Shown piece after piece: positions 26,819 through 37,833 of a stretch of 64,000 nt of DNA (position 1 is its first letter; each line of letters opens with the position of its first letter). Where the stretch lies: NCBI GenBank assembly GCA_034521615.1, contig JAXHME010000026.1:99477-163476 (forward strand), read 5' to 3'. This DNA is from Halobacteriales archaeon. GTDB taxonomy: Archaea; Halobacteriota; Halobacteria; Halobacteriales; Hikarchaeaceae. The translations under genes were made by a program, and so were the position numbers. The notes under the pieces are model-generated. The model saw nothing but the letters and a program-made list of their open reading frames with translations. It was not told where the DNA came from and ran no database searches.

Positions 26819-27266
26819 GTCGCTCCTCGCCGTTGACCAGCACGGTGAGTTCGACGTCGCCCCGACGGACCTTCGCCGCCTCCTCATCGGTGAGCGCATC
26901 GAACGGGACGATCCGGTAGCTGACCGTCACCTCGTCGCCAGCCGGGACCGTCACGACCGCGAAGGCGTGGTAGGTCCCGCCTTCGGGGATCCCCAAGACG
27001 GTCTCGATCCGGATGGTCGCGTCCGAGTCGGCGGTGTTCTCGAGGCGGTAGTAGGCGTTCGGCCCCGACGCGTCGGCCGGGATGGACACCTGGGCGACGT
27101 GGAACTCGATGCCGTCAGCGGTCGAGGTGGTGACCTGGACCGCGGTCCCCGGTGACTCGTCGGTCCCGGGGGCCGAGGAGCAGCCGGCCAGGGTGGCCAG
27201 GGCGCCGCCCGCGAGGGCGAGGTAGCGGCGGCGTTGCACACCACGCCTTGAGGCGCCCGGCCACAT
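26808..27266 (-). CDS. Tat/lipobox lipoprotein, function unknown
   Basis: It has QRRRYLALAGGALATLAGCSS (twin-Arg plus lipobox) and then a beta-rich domain. The true start may be an internal GTG near 27239. Confidence 0.55.
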   Translation of the reverse strand: MWPGASRRGVQRRRYLALAGGALATLAGCSSAPGTDESPGTAVQVTTSTADGIEFHVAQVSIPADASGPNAYYRLENTADSDATIRIETVLGIPEGGTYHAFAVVTVPAGDEVTVSYRIVPFDALTDEEAAKVRRGDVELTVLVNGEERREL

Positions 27267-27302
27267 AACCGGCCGTGTCCGAGGCCGCCGGCGCCGACCC
27301 GG

Positions 27303-28478
27303 TCAGCCGTCCGCCGGCTCGGCCGCGTCGGTCGCCGTCTCGGGCGCCTCCGCCCCTTCGGGCTCGGTCTGGGCGCCGATGAGGTTCGACGGGTCGACGG
27401 CGACGGGCCGGATCGGCACGCCGGCGACGAGCTCGGGGAGCACGAGCCGGACGAACTGCACGACCAGCACGAGCAGCATCGGGCCCAGGAAGATGCCGTA
27501 CCAGCCGAACAGCAGCGGCCCGAAGATGTAGGCCAGCATCAGCATCCCGACGTGGAGGCTCCGGCCCGAGACGTAGGGCCGCAGCACGAGGTCGGGGATG
27601 GTGTCGACCACGACGAACGAGAGCCCGAAGAACGCCGCCGGGTACCAGAGGGCGGTCGGGTCGCCGTTCAGCAGCGTGACCGCGAGCAGGTAGACGCCCG
27701 CGGGGAAGTAGATCAGCTTCATCCCGACGATGGGGATGAGGCTGGCGGCGCCGGCGAGCAGCCCCAGCAGCGTCGGGTAGGGGATGCCGCCGGGGAGCGA
27801 CCCCGGGGGCACCAGGTCGAGCAGGCTGTAGACGACGGCGCCGATGGTGCCCGTCATCGCCGCGTTGAGGATGTTCCCGAAGAACACCTGGTGGAAGCTC
27901 CGGTCGACGGCGCGGGCGTAGCTCTCGAGGACGCCCGAGTCGCCGCCGAACCGGCGGCCGCCCCACCGCGCCAGCTTGTGGTCGTCCCGCAGGAGGTAGA
28001 ACGCGATGGCGATCATCACGAAGAGGTGGAGCGCGCCGATGCCCAGGAAGCCGACGTAGGTGCTAGCCGACTGGACCGCCGACGCGACGGCATCGAGGCC
28101 GTCGCCGGTCGCCAGCTCGGACGGCGTGACCGGGAGCGTCGAGACGTCGAGGTAGGGGCCGAACACCGCCTCGAGGGCGGCCAGATCGTAGACGTTGGCG
28201 ATCCGCGAGAGCTCCTGGAGCGCGATGCCGAGGGCGTACGCGAGCAGGAGCAGCGCCGGCAGCGCGAGGGCGAACAGCGAGAGCCCGGCGGCGAGGCTCG
28301 GCGGGCGGATCCGCCGCTTGAGCCGGCTGTAGATGGGGCGGGTCGCGTAGTAGAGGAACAGCCCGAAGACGAACGTGCCGATGAAGGTGACGACGACGAA
28401 GCCGACGACCCCCGCGAGCGCCAGGCCGAGGAGCCACCAGGCGACCCGTGAGCGGTCCTCCGGCACGTGCATCGCCAT
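27303..28478 (-). CDS. AI-2E (PerM) family transporter
   Basis: 391 aa, about 8 TM. The sequence reads ...FLYYATRPIYSRLKRRI...IPIVG...PYVSGRS... Confidence 0.8.
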   Translation of the reverse strand: MAMHVPEDRSRVAWWLLGLALAGVVGFVVVTFIGTFVFGLFLYYATRPIYSRLKRRIRPPSLAAGLSLFALALPALLLLAYALGIALQELSRIANVYDLAALEAVFGPYLDVSTLPVTPSELATGDGLDAVASAVQSASTYVGFLGIGALHLFVMIAIAFYLLRDDHKLARWGGRRFGGDSGVLESYARAVDRSFHQVFFGNILNAAMTGTIGAVVYSLLDLVPPGSLPGGIPYPTLLGLLAGAASLIPIVGMKLIYFPAGVYLLAVTLLNGDPTALWYPAAFFGLSFVVVDTIPDLVLRPYVSGRSLHVGMLMLAYIFGPLLFGWYGIFLGPMLLVLVVQFVRLVLPELVAGVPIRPVAVDPSNLIGAQTEPEGAEAPETATDAAEPADG

Positions 28479-28561
28479 GCCTCAACGGGGTCCGGGCGCG
28501 GGGAAAAAGGTTCCGCGGTCCGGGGCCAGCCCTTAAGAGGCCCCTGCCCGAAGGCGGCGGG

Positions 28562-29827
28562 GTGCCCGGCATCTTCGAGACCCTGGCCACGGCGCCGCTG
28601 GACAGCCCGGTCGTCCAGCTGGTGCTGGCGGCGGCGCTCGGGCTGTTCCTCGGGCTCGAGCGCGAGTGGTCGGAGAAGTCCGCCGGCATCCGCACGTTCT
28701 CGCTGGTGAGCCTCCTCGGCGCCGTGTTCACCCTGCTGGGCGTCGAGATCCTGCTGGTCCTCGGGGGCGTGCTCGTCATCACCCAGGGCGTGCTGCTGGC
28801 CGTCCAGGGCCTGCGGGAGGGCACCGGCGGGCTCTCGCTGACGACGTCGGTCTCGATGCTCGTCGCCTACGGCGTGGGCGCGATGATCGCCCAGGGGCTG
28901 ATCCTCGAGGGCGTCGCCGTCGCCGTCATCTCGTCGCTGCTGCTCGTGCTCAAGCGGGAGCTGCACACGTTCGCGTGGGGGCTCAGCCGCGAGGAGCTCC
29001 GGTCGGCCTCGGAGTTCGCGATCCTGGCGTTCGTCGTCTTCCCGCTGCTGCCCGCCGAGGAGACCGTCGTCGTCGGCTCGCTCACGCTCGACCTCGAGCC
29101 ACGGGTGGTCTGGCTGATGGTCGTCACCGTGGCGGGCATCGGCCTCGTGAACTACGCGCTGGTCTCGGCCTACGGCGGGCGCGGGCTCGCCATCACCGGC
29201 TTCTTCGGCGGGCTGGCCTCCTCGACGGCGGTCGTCGGGACGGTGCTCGAGCGGGTCCGCCGCCAGCCGGACCTCGCGACCTACGGCGTGGCGGCCATCC
29301 TCCTGGCCGACGCCGCGATGGCGGTGCGGAACCTCGTCATCGCGGTCGCGTTCACGCTGCCGGACGACCCGCTGGTCCAGACGGTCGTCCCGCTGGGCGC
29401 GGTCATCGTCGGCGCGATCGCCATCGCGGCCGCGACGGCCGACTGGTCGGCGTCGTTCGACCTCGAGCTCGAGAGCCCGTTCTCGATGCGGTACGTGCTG
29501 GGCTTCGGCGGCGTCTTCCTGTTCATCGTGCTCATCGGCGCGATCGCCCAGGCCGAGTTCGGTTCGAGCGGGCTCTACCTCGCCGCCACGCTCTCGGGGC
29601 TCGTCTCGAGCGCCGGCGCGACGACCTCCGCCGTCGTGCTCTACCGCGCGGGGACGATCTCGGGCGTGGTCGCCACCACCGCGATCCTGCTCGCGACGGT
29701 CGCGAGCATCGCCGTGAAGGCGGCGCTGACGCTGGGCGTCTCCGACCGGTCGTTCGTCGGCAAGGTCGCGGGGTGGAGCGCGGCGCTCGTCGCGGCGAGC
29801 GCGCTCGGCTTCCTCGTGGTCGCCTGA
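28562..29827 (+). CDS. MgtC/SapB-family N-domain fused to a DUF4010 membrane protein
   Basis: GTG start at 28562, with a CCTTAAGA box about 27 nt upstream. The sequence reads AAALGLFLGLEREWSEKSAGIRTFSLVSLLG, followed by multiple TM segments. Confidence 0.7.
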   Translation: MPGIFETLATAPLDSPVVQLVLAAALGLFLGLEREWSEKSAGIRTFSLVSLLGAVFTLLGVEILLVLGGVLVITQGVLLAVQGLREGTGGLSLTTSVSMLVAYGVGAMIAQGLILEGVAVAVISSLLLVLKRELHTFAWGLSREELRSASEFAILAFVVFPLLPAEETVVVGSLTLDLEPRVVWLMVVTVAGIGLVNYALVSAYGGRGLAITGFFGGLASSTAVVGTVLERVRRQPDLATYGVAAILLADAAMAVRNLVIAVAFTLPDDPLVQTVVPLGAVIVGAIAIAAATADWSASFDLELESPFSMRYVLGFGGVFLFIVLIGAIAQAEFGSSGLYLAATLSGLVSSAGATTSAVVLYRAGTISGVVATTAILLATVASIAVKAALTLGVSDRSFVGKVAGWSAALVAASALGFLVVA

Positions 29828-29947
29828 CGGCCGGAATCCCCGAAGGCCTCCCTCCCTATCGAACGTCCGTAGGCGCAGCCCGCGGCCGGGCCGTTCGCCC
29901 GCCCAACCGTGAGTGGGTTTACGCCCCGGGGCCGCGTAGGACGGGCC

Positions 29948-31337
<1,390 letters not shown>

Positions 31338-31346
31338 ACGGGCCGT

Positions 31347-31667
31347 CTAGAACTGGTAGCGGCGGTCGTCGTCGGTCTGGGGGAGCTGGTCGGCGCCCGT
31401 CATCTCGTCGTAGGTCATGCCGGCGAGGTACTCGTCGTAGGTGAGGTCGTACTCGCTGCGGAGGTGGAAGTCGAGCTTGCCGGCGTCGACCGTCGACTGG
31501 AACAGCAGGTGGACGGCGCGCTGGACGAGCTCCCGGGAGTCGGCCGCGAGCACGGCCGTCAGCAGCGCCAGCTCGTGTTTGGTCTCCCGGTCCAGGGGCA
31601 CCCGCAGCGAGTCGCCCAGCTCGCCGTAGGTCGCGTCGACGTCCTCCTCGAGGGCATCCAGGCTCAT
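31347..31667 (-). CDS. Hypothetical acidic protein (106 aa)
   Basis: Clean ORF: MSLDALEEDVDATYGELGDSLRVPLDRETKHELALLTAVLA... No family recognised. Confidence 0.5.
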   Translation of the reverse strand: MSLDALEEDVDATYGELGDSLRVPLDRETKHELALLTAVLAADSRELVQRAVHLLFQSTVDAGKLDFHLRSEYDLTYDEYLAGMTYDEMTGADQLPQTDDDRRYQF

Positions 31668-31751
31668 GGCGCCCTAGACCGCCCTCCGGGGCATACCCCT
31701 TCTGCTTCGGACCGCCACGCCTAACCCGCCCCTCCGGATAGCCCCGGCCGG

Positions 31752-32673
31752 ATGAGCGACGGGCCCGACAGCCACCTGCCCGCCGACCTCGACGCGGCCC
31801 GCCGGGAGCTGCTCGACTGGTTCGAGGCCGAGCAGCGGCCGTTCCCGTGGCGCGAGACCGACGCGCCCTACCCGATCCTGGTCTGCGAGGTGATGAGCCA
31901 GCAGACCCAGCTCGGCCGCGTGGTCGAGCCCTGGGAGGCGTTCCTCGAGCGCTGGCCCGACGTCGAGGCGCTCGCGGGAGCCGACCGGGCCGACGTCGTG
32001 GGGTTCTGGTCGGCCCAGCGGCTGGGCTACAACAACCGGGCACGGTACCTCCACGAGGCCGCCCGGCTGGTGGTCGACGAGTTCGACGGCGCGTTCCCGG
32101 AGACCGTCGAGGGGCTCCAGGCGCTCCCGGGCGTGGGGCCGTACACGGCGACGGCGGTGGCGTCGTTCGCGTTCGGCGCCGACGCCGCCGTGGTCGATAC
32201 GAACGTCAAGCGGGTGCTCCACCGGGCGTTCGGCGTGCCGGACGAGGACGGCGCGTTCGAGGCCGCCGCAAGGGCCGCGCTCCCGGCCGACCGCTCCCGG
32301 GACTGGAACGAGGCGGTGATGGAGCTCGGCGGGCGGCTCTGCTCGACGGCGCCGAAGTGCGACGAGGGCCCCTGTCCCTGGCGGGACCGCTGTGTGGCGT
32401 ACGCGACGGGCGACTTCACCGCGCCGGACGTGCCCGAGCAGGCGGCGTTCGACGGCAGCCGGCGGCAGTTCCGCGGCCGCGTGATCCGGGCGCTCGAGGC
32501 CGAGGCCGAGCTCCCGCTCTCGACGCTCGGCCCGCGGGTCCGGGTCGACTACGCGCCCGACGGCGAGCACGGTCGGGCGTGGCTGCGCCAGCCTGCTGGC
32601 CGACCTCGCCGACGACGGGCTCGTCGAGGTCGAGGAGGCCGACGACGAGCCGGTCGCCCGCCTCGCCCGGTAG
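31752..32673 (+). pseudogene. mutY: A/G-specific adenine DNA glycosylase (MutY/EndoIII superfamily), frame broken at about 32588-32589
   Basis: It has FPWRET.DPY.ILVCEVMSQQTQ, the HhH LQALPGVGPYTATAV, VDTNVKRVL and a Cys cluster CSTAPKCDEGPCPWRDRC. After ...GRAWLR the +1 frame gives SLLADLADDGLVEVEEADDEPVARLAR* (TAG 32671-32673). The track's 928-aa ORF is read-through. Confidence 0.8.
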
Positions 32674-32724
32674 GCCGGGCGGCGGCCCGAACCGTGGCCC
32701 TTTCTACCCCCCGACGCCTCCCGG

Positions 32725-33312
32725 ATGACGATGAGCGACCCCCCGCACGTCGTCGCGGTCTGCGGCAGCCTCCGCGAGGCGAGCTACACGCGCGTGGCGC
32801 TCGAGCGCGCCCTCGAGGCGGCCCGAGGGGTCGGCGCGACGGCCGAGCTGCTCGACCTCCGCGAGTTCGACCTGCCGGTGTTCGACGCGGACGAGCGAGA
32901 CGCGGGCGACGCCGACGAGCTGACGGCGGCGATCCGGGGCGCCGACGCCGTCCTGCTCGGGACGCCGATGTACCACGGCTCGTTCTCGTCGGCGCTGAAG
33001 AACGCGCTCGACTACTGCGGTTTCGACGAGTTCGAGGACACGACCGTCGGCCTGCTCGCGGTCGCCGGCGGCAGCTTCCCCGTCACCGCGCTCGAGCACC
33101 TCCGGTCGGTCTGCCGGTCGCTGAACGCCTGGGTCCTGCCCTACCAGGCGGCGGTACCGAGCGCCGGCGACGCCATCGAGGACGGCGAGTGGCGCGACGC
33201 CGACCTCGAGGAGCGCGTCGCCGCGCTGGGCCGACGCGCGGTCCGCTTTGCGAACATCGAGCCCGACCCCACCACGTTCGAGAGCGGCCAGAACGTCGGC
33301 GCGGACGACTGA
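32725..33312 (+). CDS. NAD(P)H-dependent FMN reductase family protein
   Basis: The sequence reads VVAVCGSLREASYTR...LLGTPMYHGSFSSALKNALDY, the flavodoxin-like fold signature. Confidence 0.75.
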   Translation: MTMSDPPHVVAVCGSLREASYTRVALERALEAARGVGATAELLDLREFDLPVFDADERDAGDADELTAAIRGADAVLLGTPMYHGSFSSALKNALDYCGFDEFEDTTVGLLAVAGGSFPVTALEHLRSVCRSLNAWVLPYQAAVPSAGDAIEDGEWRDADLEERVAALGRRAVRFANIEPDPTTFESGQNVGADD

Positions 33313-33347
33313 CCAGCTTTTTGCCCGACGCCGGCCCAGCCGGCAGC

Positions 33348-34538
33348 ATGGTCGAGTATCGCCCGGTCCCCGACGAAGACGAGGCCGCCTTCCGGCGGGT
33401 GCTGGACTACGCGTTCCGGGCCGATTCGGGCCCGGAGGTCGATCACGACGACGACCCGCCGTGGCTCGGCGAGCGGCGGGCCCTCTACGACGGCGACGTC
33501 CCCGTCTCGACGGCCGTCCGGCTCCCGCTGGAGCTGACCGTCCGGGGCGACGACCGGCGGGTGAACGGGGTGAGCGCCGTCGCCACCCTCCCCGAGCACC
33601 GCCGGCGGGGGCTCGTCCGCCGGCTGCTGCGGGAGATGCTTGCCGAGTCCCGAGAGAGGGAGATCCCGCTCTCGGTGCTCTGGCCGTTCAAGCACCCGTT
33701 CTACGCCCGGCTGGGCTGGGGTCGGATCAGTGACGTCGGCCGGTACGAGCTCGAACCCGGCGACCTGGCCCCGGTCGACGACCACGGGCTCGCCGGCGGC
33801 ACGTTCCGTCGGCTGGACGTCGGGGACACCGAGGCCCTCCAGGCCGTCGACGCCCGGTACGCCGAGCGGGCGGACCTCGCGATGCGCCGGACCGACGAGT
33901 GGTACGAGCACCGGTTCTTCGAGGGCTGGCGGACCGATCCGTTCGTCTACGGCTGGGAGCGCGACGGCGAACTCCGCGGCTACGTGCGGTACAGCGTCGA
34001 GGACGAGGGCGACGACGAGGTGCTCCAGGTCAATGACTTCGGCGCGCCGGACGACGGCGCGGCGGTCAACCTGCTGCGGTTTCTCCACCGCCACGAGGGC
34101 CAGGTCGACGCGCTCCGGATCCACGCCCCGGTCGACGACCAGCTGTTCGACCTCGTCGAGGACCCCCGGTCGGTCGAGCTGACGGTCAGGCCGGGCCCGA
34201 TGGGCCGGCTCGTCGACGTGGCGGCGTCGCTCGAGGCGCTGTCCGCCCCCGACGGCATCGAGGCGACGGTGACGCTCGCGGTCGAGGACAGGCTCTGTGA
34301 CTGGAACGACGGGTCGTTCACCGTCGAGGCGGCCGGCGGGGCGTACCACGTCGAGCGCGGCGCGGGCGACGGCCCGGAGGCGAGCCTCCCGGTCGGGACG
34401 CTCTCGAGGCTCGCCGTCGGGAGCGTGACCGCCGAGCGGGCGGCGCTCGCGGGCGGCCTCGAGGGCGACGACGCGGCCGTCGAGGCGCTCGCGGCCGCCT
34501 TCCCGCCCCGCGAGTGCTACCTCAGGGAGTTCTTCTGA
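33348..34538 (+). CDS. GNAT acetyltransferase, Eis-like (GNAT plus SCP2-like C-terminal domain)
   Basis: ATG at 33348, 396 aa. It has GVSAVATLPEHRRRGLVRRLLREML (acetyl-CoA site) and WPFKHPFYARLGW. Confidence 0.7.
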   Translation: MVEYRPVPDEDEAAFRRVLDYAFRADSGPEVDHDDDPPWLGERRALYDGDVPVSTAVRLPLELTVRGDDRRVNGVSAVATLPEHRRRGLVRRLLREMLAESREREIPLSVLWPFKHPFYARLGWGRISDVGRYELEPGDLAPVDDHGLAGGTFRRLDVGDTEALQAVDARYAERADLAMRRTDEWYEHRFFEGWRTDPFVYGWERDGELRGYVRYSVEDEGDDEVLQVNDFGAPDDGAAVNLLRFLHRHEGQVDALRIHAPVDDQLFDLVEDPRSVELTVRPGPMGRLVDVAASLEALSAPDGIEATVTLAVEDRLCDWNDGSFTVEAAGGAYHVERGAGDGPEASLPVGTLSRLAVGSVTAERAALAGGLEGDDAAVEALAAAFPPRECYLREFF

Positions 34539-34593
34539 GCGCCGCCATGGCCCGCGACGTGTCCCAGCCGGCCCGCCGGGGGAGGCCGCCGCG

Positions 34594-35208
34594 GTGACGA
34601 GCTGGGTCGAGTCGCCCGGCGGCGGCCGCGATCGGGGGCCCCGCGGCGTCCTCCGGGCCTGGGTCGAGGTGCTGACCCGGCCCCGCCGGTTCTTCGCCCA
34701 CGGCGTCTCCGCCGGCGACCAGGGCCCCGGACTGACGTTCCTGATGGCGGTCGTCGCGTTCGAGGAGGTCACCCGGCTGCTGCTGGTGCCCGAGGCGGTC
34801 CCGGCGCTCGTCGGCGGCCGGTGGCTCTCCTTCGCGCTGGTGGTCGGGCTGGCGACGCTCCTGGTCGCCCCGCTCGGGCTCCACCTCGTCGGCGCCGCCC
34901 AGATCCTGCTGCTCCGGCCCCTGGTGGCCGAGCGGGCGGGCGTCTCCCAGACCGTCCAGGTGCTGGCCTACGCCGCGGCGCCGTGCGCCCTCGCGGGCGT
35001 CCCCGAGCCCACGATCCGGGTGGCCTGTGCGGCCTACGGCACCGCGCTGCTGGTGATCGGGCTCGCGACCGTCCACGGGACGGGGTACGCGCGGGCCGCG
35101 GTCGCCGGCGCGATCCCCGCCGCGGCCGTCTTCGGCTACGGCTTCCGGGGGGTCGCCGCCGCCGGCGAGCTCTGGGCCCAGCTGGCGGCCGCAACGGGCC
35201 TCTTTTAG
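34594..35208 (+). CDS. Yip1-family membrane protein
   Basis: GTG start. It has WVEVLTRPRRFF followed by five hydrophobic segments. Confidence 0.55.
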   Translation: MTSWVESPGGGRDRGPRGVLRAWVEVLTRPRRFFAHGVSAGDQGPGLTFLMAVVAFEEVTRLLLVPEAVPALVGGRWLSFALVVGLATLLVAPLGLHLVGAAQILLLRPLVAERAGVSQTVQVLAYAAAPCALAGVPEPTIRVACAAYGTALLVIGLATVHGTGYARAAVAGAIPAAAVFGYGFRGVAAAGELWAQLAAATGLF

Positions 35209-35231
35209 CCGTCGCCGGCGGAGCCGCCCGC

Positions 35232-35495
35232 ATGATCACCGTCTCGCTCTCGGAGTTCATGCTCGAGCTGAAGGAGGGCGTCGTCAAGCACGTCGGGCCG
35301 TCGAACAAGACCGCCGAGGTCAAGCTCTACGACGTCGAGCGCGTCGAGGCCCGCGAGTTCGGCGACGAGCGGGTCAAGCTCGTCTTCGAGGACGACGCCG
35401 GTTCGGCGGTCCACGTGGCCGTCGACCCCGACGATGCCCGCGCCCTCGCCGGTGACATCGACCGGCTGGCCGAGGAGAGCGCCGTCTTCGAGTGA
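35232..35495 (+). CDS. Hypothetical protein (87 aa)
   Basis: ATG at 35232. MITVSLSEFMLELKEGVVKHVGPSNKTAEVKLYDVERVEAREFGDERVKLVFEDD... is protein-like. Confidence 0.45.
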   Translation: MITVSLSEFMLELKEGVVKHVGPSNKTAEVKLYDVERVEAREFGDERVKLVFEDDAGSAVHVAVDPDDARALAGDIDRLAEESAVFE

Positions 35496-35549
35496 GGCCC
35501 GCCGGCGTTTCGACAACCGTTTAGGGGCGGGTCCGCTTTCATCAGGAAA

Positions 35550-37784
35550 ATGGGTACGTGCGTTATCTGCGGGACGGACGTCGACGGCCACGTCTGTACC
35601 AGCCACGAGGAGGACGTCTGTTTCGAGTTCACCGGCAGCCGACCGAACCAGCTCACCCCGAGCCGGTTCTACCAGGGCTCCGTCGACGGCTACGCCGAGT
35701 TCGGCGTCTTCGTCGACATCGGCGACCACGTCACGGGCCTGCTGCACCGAAGCGAGCTCCCGAGACGGCTCGAGAGCCTCGACTGGGAGCCCGGCGACGA
35801 GGTGTACGTCCAGGTGACGAACGTCCGGGACAACGGCAACGTCGACCTCAGCTGGTCGATCCGCCAGGCGCCCGAGGAGTTCCGCGACCGCCTGATCCAG
35901 ACGCCCCAGGGCGACGATCGCCCCGAGGTCGACGAGCCCGCGGAGGACGAAGCGGGAAACGACAGCGCGGCGTCGGCGGCTGACGCGACGAGCGAGCCGT
36001 CGGCGTCGTCGAACCCGCCCGAGGGCGCGGACGCCGGCGTGAAGTCATCGACGCCGTTCACCGCGAGCCCCGGGGACGAGGCGCCCGAGCCCGTCGAGGA
36101 GACCGGATCGGACGGTGGCGCCGAGCTGGTGACGGCCGACGAGACCGACGATGGGGCGGACGACGAGCTGTCGACCGCCGATGAGACGGGCGATGCGGGA
36201 GCCGACGAGCCAGAGCCGGACCCGGCCCCGGCCTCCGAGGCGTCATCGGAGCCCGAACCCTTGGGCGGCGGGGCGGTCATGGAATCGCCGCTGACCCGGA
36301 GCGAGGTCGCCGGGCTGGTCGACGAGATCGGCTCGCCGGTCCGCATCGAGGGCGAGGTCGTCGACGTCCGCCAGACGAGCGGCCCGACCATCTTCGAGGT
36401 CCGCGACGAGACCGGCGTCGTCGACTGCGCGGCCTTCAAGTCCGCCGGCGTCAGGGCCTACCCCGACGTCGAGGCGGGCGACCTGGTCCGCGTCGACGGC
36501 CTCGTCGAGGACCACCGCGGCGACGTCCAGGTCGAGAGCGAGGCGCTCGAGGCGCTCGAGGGCGACGAGCGCGACGCCATCGCCGACCGACTCGACGCCG
36601 CCCTCGCCGAGCGCGCGGCGCCCGAGGGGCTCCAGCCGCTGGCCGACCACGGGGCGGTCAAGTCCGTCAGCGCGGACCTGCTCGACGCCGCGACGGCGAT
36701 CCGCCGCGCGGTGTTCGAGGCCCGGCCCGTGGTCATCCGCCACCGCAGCCGGGCCGACGGCTACGTGGCCGCGGCCGCGCTCGAGCACGCCATCCTCCCG
36801 ATGGTGCGGTCCGAGCACGACGCCAACGACGCCGTCTACCACTACGTCGACCGGCGGCCGGTCGAGGACCGGGTCTACGGCCTCTCGGACGCGATCCGCG
36901 ACGTCACCCGACTGCTCGACGCCGAGGAGCGCCACGGCGAGAAGACCCCGCTGTTCGTCTTCGTCGGCGCCGGCTCGACCGCCGAGTCCGTCGACGCGCT
37001 CGACCTGCTGGGCGTCTACGGCGCCGAGCGGATCGTCGTCGACGGCGGGTTCCCCGACGAGGCGGCCGCCGACGCCGCCGACGGCTTCGTGAGCCCGCAC
37101 CTCGCGGGCGCGGCCGACGCCGAGACCGCGACCTCCGCGGCGCTCTGTGCGACCCTCGCCACGGCCGTCAACCCGGACGTCCGCGAGGACGTACGCCATC
37201 TGCCGGCCGTCAGCTACTGGGGGGAGGCCCCGGCGGCATACACCGAGCTCGCCGCCGAGGCGGGCTACGACGAGTCGACGGTCGCCGCCCTGCGCGAGGC
37301 CGTCGGGCTCGAGTCGTTCTACCAGGTCTACGAGGACAAGCGCCAGCTCATCGCCGACCTGCTGTTCGGCGACGCGTCGCTGGCCGAGCCGGCCAGCGAG
37401 CAGTTCCGCGCCCGCCTCGACGAGGCGGTCCGGACGGCCGAGCCCCACCTCGATGACTGGAGCGTCAACGGCGCGTCCCTCGGCGTGCTCGACGTCGACG
37501 CCTACACCCACCAGTACGACTTCCCGCCCGCCGACGTGCTGCTCTGGGCGCTCGCCGAGGAGGCCGGCGACCTCGACGCCGTGATCGGCGCCGACGCCGA
37601 CGAGCTCGTCGTCTGGAGCCGCGAGCCGGTCGACCTCCGCGCGGTCGCCGAGGCGGTCCAAGCGGCCGCGCCCGCCGCCGGCGCCGAGGTCCGCGGCGGC
37701 CGCGACGGCACGCTGATCTTCCTCTCCGGCGAGCGCGACGCCGTCCTCGAGGCCGCCATCTCGGCGGTCGCCGAGCGGCTCTGA
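35550..37784 (+). CDS. Zn-ribbon / S1 / OB-fold / RecJ-like DHH-family protein with degenerate catalytic motifs
   Basis: 744 aa. It has an N-terminal CVICG...HVCTSH, an S1-like region (GSVDGYAEFGVFVDIG...GLLHRSEL...VYVQV), an acidic low-complexity linker and an OB fold (VRIEGEVVDVRQTSGPTIFEVRDETG). The DHH-like region reads RHRSRADGYVAAAAL...VVDGGF...RGGRDG. Confidence 0.6.
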   Translation: MGTCVICGTDVDGHVCTSHEEDVCFEFTGSRPNQLTPSRFYQGSVDGYAEFGVFVDIGDHVTGLLHRSELPRRLESLDWEPGDEVYVQVTNVRDNGNVDLSWSIRQAPEEFRDRLIQTPQGDDRPEVDEPAEDEAGNDSAASAADATSEPSASSNPPEGADAGVKSSTPFTASPGDEAPEPVEETGSDGGAELVTADETDDGADDELSTADETGDAGADEPEPDPAPASEASSEPEPLGGGAVMESPLTRSEVAGLVDEIGSPVRIEGEVVDVRQTSGPTIFEVRDETGVVDCAAFKSAGVRAYPDVEAGDLVRVDGLVEDHRGDVQVESEALEALEGDERDAIADRLDAALAERAAPEGLQPLADHGAVKSVSADLLDAATAIRRAVFEARPVVIRHRSRADGYVAAAALEHAILPMVRSEHDANDAVYHYVDRRPVEDRVYGLSDAIRDVTRLLDAEERHGEKTPLFVFVGAGSTAESVDALDLLGVYGAERIVVDGGFPDEAAADAADGFVSPHLAGAADAETATSAALCATLATAVNPDVREDVRHLPAVSYWGEAPAAYTELAAEAGYDESTVAALREAVGLESFYQVYEDKRQLIADLLFGDASLAEPASEQFRARLDEAVRTAEPHLDDWSVNGASLGVLDVDAYTHQYDFPPADVLLWALAEEAGDLDAVIGADADELVVWSREPVDLRAVAEAVQAAAPAAGAEVRGGRDGTLIFLSGERDAVLEAAISAVAERL

Positions 37785-37833
37785 CCGGGGACACGCTCTT
37801 GTCCGCGGGGGCCCTCCGTCTGCCAACCAGCCG

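Noticed and set aside
31752-34538. A 928-aa ORF that seems to fuse MutY with the Eis-like GNAT acetyltransferase.
   Set aside because: The middle third is Arg-rich nonsense. MutY regains sense and a stop (32673) in the +1 frame. An FMN-reductase gene in another frame lies in between. The GNAT has its own ATG at 33348. This is read-through caused by a 1-nt insertion.
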